Below are positions 6,287-12,047 of a stretch of DNA of 12,047 bases, in pieces. The stretch is taken from NCBI GenBank assembly GCA_046861655.1, contig JBHIAI010000051.1:1-12047 (forward strand). The letters are read 5' to 3'. The notes below the pieces were generated by a model. The model made no database searches. It was not told where the DNA came from and was given only the letters and a program-made list of their open reading frames with translations. The position numbers and the translations under genes were made by a program. The number at the start of each line of letters is the position of its first letter. The stretch's first letter is position 1. Source of the stretch: Fidelibacterota bacterium (GTDB taxonomy: Bacteria; Fidelibacterota; Marinisomatia; Marinisomatales; S15-B10).

Positions 6287-7991
6287 CTCCCTGGCCGGGA
6301 TACGCCAGCCGCAGCCCCTGTACCGTCCAATTCGCCCTCACTTCAAGTGTATCAGAAAAGGGGTGGAAGGGTTCGGAGGACAAAAAAGGAACGGCCGACC
6401 CTCGCGTGTGGCGGCCGTTGCGGTCCCTGTCCTGGTAAACACTCAACAACCAAAAGCCCGAAGGGATGTTCTCGAACTCAAAACTGCCCTGAGAATTTAC
6501 AGCAGTGTGATAAGAAATTGAGGGTTTTTCTAGGGCCCTGGCCAGCACCACGGAGTTCTCCGCGTATTTTCCGGTCACTGACCCCTCCAGTCCACCTTCC
6601 CCCACCTTCAATCCCACCTTGACCGGGAATGATACCACGGAATCTTTCAGTGCGACACCACGGTCACTGTGAACCAGATGGCCCAGCAATCGCACCCGAT
6701 AGTCCTGTTCCTCCATCCACCCATCTTCAGGCATGAGTTGAACCCGGGTAGGGTTTGCCCACTGTGTTATGGCGGGAAGAGCTGTCCCGGAGGTGTCCAG
6801 AAGCTGCAACGCATCCCGAAAGCTGCCCGAGTCCACGGCGTCACTGAACTGAATCTCCAGACGGGCCTCCCCCGGTCGCAGCCGGATGCTCCCATTGGGT
6901 TCCGGATCGACAATCCGGAGAGTATCTGCTTCCCTTTCCGGCACCTGAAGATCCCCCTGAAACGAAGGAAACACCCGGTCCATCAGGTCCGTGAGTCCGG
7001 TGAGAAACAGGGTGTAGTCCCCCCCGGGGATCAAACCGGAAACCCGGAACCGGAATTCACTAGAAGGGTCTTCGACTTGAAAAAGAAAATCAGGATGGAA
7101 TACCTGTTGGGTTGGAATATCTTCCACGGCGAGAACCAGGGTGTCCTGCCTACCGAGACTAACGGGATGGGTCAATCGAACGATGCCCAGTCGCCGCGTT
7201 TCCATTCCGACGCTGATAACCCTCAAGGGTGGCGGTTCCGGTGACACCCTCATGTTGACATGCTTCACTCTGGGGACGCCCGGTCCGAGAACGATAGGCA
7301 CATCCCAATGCACCCCGTATGGCATTCTCGAAGGGACGATGGGAGCCGGAGGGGATCCCCCTCGAAAAGCCAGAACCTGATAAGAGCCTGGCTCCAGGAA
7401 GGAAAAACCAAACCGGCCAGAATCGTCCGTCTGTGTATAGTAATCCGGGGGCTCGAGAAACAGACTGTCCAAACCCCGCTCATCCACCCGGTAAAGATAC
7501 ACAGTTGACGCCCCCTTTGCGTCAAATACGGACCCCGAAATCGTCCCTTCCGAAATGGTTTCTCCCGTACTGAACGCCATCTGGTAAGTCTGATCCAGGC
7601 GGTTCCCGTGTTCATCAAGAATATCCCGGGTGGCAGTCAGGATATAGGTCTGATTCTCGGCCAGCTCACCGGGAAAGACCACCCTCATTTGTTCCTTTCT
7701 GAGGGATATCCTTAAAGGATCCTTCAATGCGGGTGCTATGCGAACCCCCTTTTCCCGGGCAGAGAGATCCAGCCGTTCTGAAAACACCAGCCTTACTGTG
7801 AGCCCCGGCTCAATCCTGGTGGACCCCGAGGGGGGATCCACAGATTCCAGGGTGGGCGGTGTTTTGTCCTCCGGCCCCCCGGGAGGAGGTCCTACCGCTG
7901 CACACCCAGTGATGGCTGCGCATCCCGCCAGAACAAGAAATCCCTCTCGAAAACGGAAGGGGATCCTATTGGACGAGGACGACGGAAACAA
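6276..7991 (-). CDS. Lipoprotein with Ig-like (Big_5/SbsA-like) and carboxypeptidase-regulatory-like beta-sandwich domains
   Basis: Basic/hydrophobic signal ending in the lipobox ITG-C, followed by CAAVGPPPGGPEDKTPP, LVFSERLD, ILDEHGNRL and AFSTG..ISEGTISGSV. TTG start 2 nt after the sfsA stop; exact start uncertain. Confidence 0.85.
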   Translation of the reverse strand: MFPSSSSNRIPFRFREGFLVLAGCAAITGCAAVGPPPGGPEDKTPPTLESVDPPSGSTRIEPGLTVRLVFSERLDLSAREKGVRIAPALKDPLRISLRKEQMRVVFPGELAENQTYILTATRDILDEHGNRLDQTYQMAFSTGETISEGTISGSVFDAKGASTVYLYRVDERGLDSLFLEPPDYYTQTDDSGRFGFSFLEPGSYQVLAFRGGSPPAPIVPSRMPYGVHWDVPIVLGPGVPRVKHVNMRVSPEPPPLRVISVGMETRRLGIVRLTHPVSLGRQDTLVLAVEDIPTQQVFHPDFLFQVEDPSSEFRFRVSGLIPGGDYTLFLTGLTDLMDRVFPSFQGDLQVPEREADTLRIVDPEPNGSIRLRPGEARLEIQFSDAVDSGSFRDALQLLDTSGTALPAITQWANPTRVQLMPEDGWMEEQDYRVRLLGHLVHSDRGVALKDSVVSFPVKVGLKVGEGGLEGSVTGKYAENSVVLARALEKPSISYHTAVNSQGSFEFENIPSGFWLLSVYQDRDRNGRHTRGSAVPFLSSEPFHPFSDTLEVRANWTVQGLRLAYPGQGDEE

Positions 7992-7993
7992 TC

Positions 7994-8701
7994 CTAGAAT
8001 GGGGATAGATCATAAGGAACGACGCGATGGTACCGGATGGAAGCGGGTGTCACCTTTCCCGAGATGACCCATACGTTTACTCCAGCATTCTCAGCTTCGA
8101 CCAGGGCATGGGCAAACCCGGGGTCCCTGTCCCACTGGGGGCGGAACAGCCGGACATCCGGACGCTGGCATACAAACAGAACACCGGCCTCTGCCCCGGT
8201 ACCCGCCAAGCCGGCCAGGGCCACCATATGCTTCCTTCCCCGCCCGGACACGGCATCAGGAAACATGGCCACCCCATCCATGACCAGAGTCACCGATTTT
8301 ACCTCAAGATAAAGGGGAACGCCGTCCTTTTCGAGGAGAAAGTCAAATCTGTGCCGCCCCACCGTCACCTCCCTTTTCACCAGGGTATACCCTTCGAACA
8401 TATCCAACTGTCCATTTTCCAACAGGGAGGACACCCACCGGTTGGGGAGGGTGCTGTCGATGGACACCCACAGGTCACCGCTCTGGACCATGACCGTGGT
8501 TAACCGGGTTTTCCGGTGGACGCCATCCCGCCAATCCACGGGCCGAACTTTCAGTCTGGCCCCCGGAAGCAACAACTCCTTCAGCCTCCCCGGATCCGGA
8601 AGGTGACTCTCCAACCGCCTCCCTCCCAGATCCACGATCGTGAGAAACCGGTTCGGCCGGTCCACAAAGGTGGCATCCTGCAAAGGACCTTCAATCTTCA
8701 C
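7994..8701 (-). CDS. sfsA: DNA/RNA nuclease SfsA (sugar fermentation stimulation protein A)
   Basis: RPNRF, HLPDPGRLKELL, PD-(D/E)xK-type RFDFLL...YLEVKSVTL, FPDAVSGRGRKH and DPGFA; GTG start. Confidence 0.95.
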   Translation of the reverse strand: MKIEGPLQDATFVDRPNRFLTIVDLGGRRLESHLPDPGRLKELLLPGARLKVRPVDWRDGVHRKTRLTTVMVQSGDLWVSIDSTLPNRWVSSLLENGQLDMFEGYTLVKREVTVGRHRFDFLLEKDGVPLYLEVKSVTLVMDGVAMFPDAVSGRGRKHMVALAGLAGTGAEAGVLFVCQRPDVRLFRPQWDRDPGFAHALVEAENAGVNVWVISGKVTPASIRYHRVVPYDLSPF

Positions 8702-8823
8702 TTCGGAAAAGTTTGTTTGAAAATCGCCATAAACAAAGGAAAATCAGGGGGGCTACAGGCCCCGGAATAGCGGTGAGAATGGAACTGTCATGGGCTGCCG
8801 CACCCAAAGAAAAAGGAAGAGCT

Positions 8824-9867
8824 ATGATTCATAGACTTGCGATCATCGGGTTTGGGACGGTGGGCCAGGGGCTCTGTGAAATCCTGAAGGACCGGCGATC
8901 CGGGCTAAAGAGCCGCTACGGTTTTGAGTACTCCGTTGTGGCCGTATCCGATCTCCAGAAGGGATCGGTATCCTGTGAAGACGGTCTGGATGAGGGACAA
9001 CTGCTACAGTTGGCGAAGTCTGGAATCCCCCTGGACCAGTACCCTCCCCGGGGCCATGGGTGTGTCACCGGTTGGGATTCAGTGAAAACCATCAGAGATA
9101 CCGATGCCACGGTGGTGTGTGAACTCACCCCCACAGACATCGAGACCGGGGAGCCGGCCATCTCTCACGTCCGGGAGGCCCTGGCATTGGGCAAGCACGT
9201 GGTCACCTCCAACAAAGGACCGCCGGCCCTGGCCTACCGGGAACTGGCTCGGCTCGCATCGCAGCAGGGGACTCAGTTCCTTATTGAAGGGTCTGTTATG
9301 GCGGGAACCCCTCTTATCAAGATGGCCCGGCACCATCTGGCCGGAGCCAACCTATCGAGCATCAAAGGAATCCTCAACGGAACCACCAACTTCATACTCA
9401 CTGAGATGGAACGGGGCATGTCCTATGAGTCCGCCCTTGTCCAGGCGCAGGAAATGGGGTATGCAGAGACCGATCCCACCGCCGATGTTGAAGGACTCGA
9501 TGCCCTGGCCAAGGTGGCCATCCTGGCCGGTGCCGTCCTGGATGAGGATCTGAAGCTGAATGCTATCCCTGTTCAGGGGATCACCCATCTCACCAGTAGG
9601 GATGTGGCAGCCGCGATATCACGGAAGAAACGGTGGAAACTTCTGGGTCAGGTGGTAAGGACGAGCCGCGGTCTGGAAGCCTCCGTCGGTCCGGAAATGG
9701 TGGACCTGTCCCACCCGCTGGCTGAGGTCAGCGGTCCCACCAACGCTGTGACGTTCTCCACGGATGTACTGGGTGATGTTACCATCAAGGGGCCGGGCGC
9801 CGGAAAGGAAGCCACCGGATTCGCGGTCTTATCGGACCTGTTGGAAATACACCGGCACACTGCGTGA
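8824..9867 (+). CDS. hom: Homoserine dehydrogenase, short form without ACT domain, 347 aa
   Basis: IIGFGTVGQG Rossmann motif, HVVTSNKGP, EGSVMAGTP, GILNGTTNFIL, GYAETDPTADVEGLD and GPGAGKEATG. AAGGAAGA precedes ATG 8824. Confidence 0.95.
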   Translation: MIHRLAIIGFGTVGQGLCEILKDRRSGLKSRYGFEYSVVAVSDLQKGSVSCEDGLDEGQLLQLAKSGIPLDQYPPRGHGCVTGWDSVKTIRDTDATVVCELTPTDIETGEPAISHVREALALGKHVVTSNKGPPALAYRELARLASQQGTQFLIEGSVMAGTPLIKMARHHLAGANLSSIKGILNGTTNFILTEMERGMSYESALVQAQEMGYAETDPTADVEGLDALAKVAILAGAVLDEDLKLNAIPVQGITHLTSRDVAAAISRKKRWKLLGQVVRTSRGLEASVGPEMVDLSHPLAEVSGPTNAVTFSTDVLGDVTIKGPGAGKEATGFAVLSDLLEIHRHTA

Positions 9868-9905
9868 TTCGGAATGTGTGATTCGTGATTCGTACTGCGT
9901 AACGT
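9864..9905 (+). repeat. Degenerate heptamer tandem repeat (consensus GTGATTC, six units)
   Basis: GTGATTC GGAATGT GTGATTC GTGATTC GTACTGC GTAACGT in exact 7-nt phase; the first unit contains the hom stop codon. Confidence 0.7.
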
Positions 9906-9922
9906 TATACATTGGCATGCTT

Positions 9923-11065
9923 CTACACTCGGTCCAGGGCCTGCTGAATATCCTCCAGAATGTCGTCCGGATCCTCGATACCCACCGAGAGTCTGACCAG
10001 GCCGTCCGTCAAGCCACGGGCGATCCTTTGGTCCCGGGGCACCTCGCCGTGGGTCATGGTTGCCGGATGGGTCACCATGGTTTCAACCGCCCCCAGACTT
10101 TCAGCCAGTGAGCACAGTTTCACCCCGTTCATGAAAATCTTTCCAGCTTCCAATCCCCCCTCAAGCTCAAATGAGATCATCCCTCCGAATCCTCCCATCT
10201 GTTCCACGGCCACCGCATGCTGGGCGTGGGACCTAAGGCCTGGATAGGTGACGGTTTTCACCTTGGGGTGACCTGCCAGGAATTCCGCCACCGCCTGGGC
10301 GTTGGCGGCGTGACGGATCATCCTGAGGGACAGGGTCTTGACCCCCAACAGAGTAAGCCAGCAGTCAAAGGGACCTGGAACGGCGCCTATGGTCTTCTGC
10401 ACAAACTTCATCTTTTCAAAGATATCCCTGCGGTTCGTGATGACTGCCCCCCCAATGAGCTGATTGTGCCCGCTCAAGTACTTGGTCGTGCTGTGCATGA
10501 CAATGTCGGCTCCAAACTCCAGCGGTCGAAGGAACACGGGGGTCGCGAAGGTGGAATCCACGCCGAACAGCAGGTCGTGATCCTGGGCGATGGTTCTCAT
10601 GGCCTTCAGGTCAGTCACTTTGAGCAGGGGATTGGTCGGTGTTTCCACCCAGAGCATCCTGGTGTTGGGGAGAATGGCTTCCACAACACTGTCAGGATGG
10701 GACGTGTCCACATAGGAGAACCGGAGATCGTAGTTGACCAGGATGTTGTTGAAGTGACGGGATACACCCCCGTATACGTCATCGGAGCAGACCACATGGT
10801 CCCCGGCTTTGAGCAGTTTCAGACATGCGTCCACGGCGGACATTCCGCTGGCAAAACAGATACCGTATTCGCCCCCTTCAATGGCGGCAAGATTGTGTTC
10901 CAGAACCTCCCGGGTGGGATTGGCCGACCGGCTGTAGTCAAATCCTTTGTCGTGCCCCACCTCCTCCAGGACATAGGTGGCCGTCTGGTAAAGAGGGGGA
11001 AGAATGGACCCTGTGGTGGGATCGGGTTTGATTCCCGCCCGCACCACCTTGGTATCGAATCTCAT
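9923..11065 (-). CDS. PLP-dependent transsulfuration enzyme, most likely cystathionine gamma-lyase (MetB/MccB family)
   Basis: YSRSANPT, FASGMSA, DVYGG, ETPTNP, DSTFATP, PLP-lysine motif HSTTKYLSGH, ESLGAVET and RLSVGIE; RBS AAGGAG. Gamma-lyase is inferred from adjacency to CBS. Confidence 0.92.
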   Translation of the reverse strand: MRFDTKVVRAGIKPDPTTGSILPPLYQTATYVLEEVGHDKGFDYSRSANPTREVLEHNLAAIEGGEYGICFASGMSAVDACLKLLKAGDHVVCSDDVYGGVSRHFNNILVNYDLRFSYVDTSHPDSVVEAILPNTRMLWVETPTNPLLKVTDLKAMRTIAQDHDLLFGVDSTFATPVFLRPLEFGADIVMHSTTKYLSGHNQLIGGAVITNRRDIFEKMKFVQKTIGAVPGPFDCWLTLLGVKTLSLRMIRHAANAQAVAEFLAGHPKVKTVTYPGLRSHAQHAVAVEQMGGFGGMISFELEGGLEAGKIFMNGVKLCSLAESLGAVETMVTHPATMTHGEVPRDQRIARGLTDGLVRLSVGIEDPDDILEDIQQALDRV

Positions 11066-11142
11066 GGATGTCTCCTTTCTCCGAGGGGCCCTACTCCGTC
11101 AGGAACTCCTTCAGCCCGAAGGATCTCCTTCCAGGGAGCGGG

Positions 11143-12047
11143 TCAATCGATGAATCCGTGCTTTCTCATCCAGTCGTCATTCGCAAATTTGTTCAGGTAA
11201 TTCCGGATGGAGTCCGGCAGGATCACCAGACACCGTTCGCCTTTCTTCAACCTGGGAGCCACCTGGAGGGCGGCCCACACCGCCGAACCGGAGGATCCCC
11301 CTACCAGAAGGCCTTCCTCACGGACCAACCTGCGGGCCATAAGAAAGGAGTCCCTGTCGTTCACCTTCACGTATTCGTCCACCAGGGAGTTATCCAGAAC
11401 CTCCGGATAAAAATCGTATCCGATCCCTTCCACTTTGTAGGGAAAAATCTCATCTCCGCCCCCCAGGATGGATCCGTAGGGGTCCACACCGATGACAAGG
11501 ACCTGCGTCAATTGTTCTTTTATCCGTTTCGCCACTCCCGTTACCGTACCTCCCGTGCCGACACCGATGACCACCATACTCAGGTTCTCTCCCATGTCGT
11601 CCAGGATCTCGTGGCCCGTGTCATGGTAATGGGCATCGGGGTTATGGGGATTGGAGTACTGATCCAGAATGTGCGAACCGGGAATCTCCCGGTGCAACTT
11701 CCTGGCCACTCCGATGTGACTCTCCGGTGAATCCCACGGGGCATCGGTGGGTGTCCGGACGATTTCAGCCCCCAGGGCCTTGAGAACGACCTCCTTTTCC
11801 AGGCTCATTTTTTCGGGCATGGTGACAATCATCCTGTACCCCTTCACAGCCGCGGCCATGGCCATTCCGATCCCCGTATTCCCCGAGGTGGGTTCAATCA
11901 GGGTATCCCCTGGCTTTATGCGGCCGGATCGTTCAGCCTCTTCGATCATCCTGACCCCGATGCGATCTTTCAATGATCCCGCGGGGTTTAAGAACTCACA
12001 CTTCCCGTACAGGTCGCACTTCAGGTCTTTTCCTATTTGGTGGAGTT
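11143..12047 (-). CDS. cbs: Cystathionine beta-synthase (fold-type II PLP enzyme), 5'-truncated by the window edge
   Basis: Frame is open to the window end ([28 protein letters not shown], containing the PLP lysine). Also [40 protein letters not shown] and [16 protein letters not shown]. Confidence 0.9.
   Translation of the reverse strand, partial: LHQIGKDLKCDLYGKCEFLNPAGSLKDRIGVRMIEEAERSGRIKPGDTLIEPTSGNTGIGMAMAAAVKGYRMIVTMPEKMSLEKEVVLKALGAEIVRTPTDAPWDSPESHIGVARKLHREIPGSHILDQYSNPHNPDAHYHDTGHEILDDMGENLSMVVIGVGTGGTVTGVAKRIKEQLTQVLVIGVDPYGSILGGGDEIFPYKVEGIGYDFYPEVLDNSLVDEYVKVNDRDSFLMARRLVREEGLLVGGSSGSAVWAALQVAPRLKKGERCLVILPDSIRNYLNKFANDDWMRKHGFID

Noticed and set aside
7994..8701. SfsA nuclease as a defence-system or array-associated effector
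   Set aside because: It is an ordinary standalone sfsA about 8 kb from the repeat, with no sequence evidence linking them.
203..8770. Numerous plus-strand ORFs of 60-195 aa opposite the minus-strand gene run
   Set aside because: All overlap confident genes on the other strand and have no family signatures; such ORFs are expected from codon bias.
8713..8823. N-terminal extension of hom from TTG 8713
   Set aside because: The Rossmann motif begins right after ATG 8824, which has an RBS; the extension would fill the divergent promoter region.
11066..11142. Short hairpins between cbs and cgl (tccttc-agccc-gaagga) as a terminator or riboswitch
   Set aside because: The stems are short, there is no U-tract, and no SAM riboswitch consensus is recognisable.
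10217..11730. Long plus-strand ORFs 10217-11200 (327 aa) and 11068-11730 (220 aa)
   Set aside because: They are antisense shadows of well-supported genes in GC-rich DNA, with no recognisable motifs.
11971..11973. TTG 11973 as the CBS start
   Set aside because: It lies inside the conserved GSLKDR PLP motif, and the frame stays open to the window edge.

Overview
GC-rich bacterial window; an FCB-group organism is inferred from the lipoprotein family. Most of it is a tightly packed minus-strand run of eight genes (8701->221): sfsA, an Ig-like lipoprotein, a monofunctional mannose-1-phosphate guanylyltransferase, a small hypothetical protein, a divergent EF-G paralog, a HIT hydrolase, a 69-aa membrane protein and a sodium:solute symporter with an extra C-terminal domain. 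The right part holds a plus-strand homoserine dehydrogenase converging on a cystathionine beta-synthase (5'-truncated) plus cystathionine gamma-lyase pair. The most unusual signal is at 1-215. A sigma70-type promoter on the minus strand points into at least two tandem copies (110-nt period, 55 nt identical) of a tRNA-Asn(GTT)-like 5' portion. In these copies the D-arm and the 3' anticodon/variable region are each occupied by a 16-nt TCCCG-N6-CGGGA palindrome. The array runs off the window edge.
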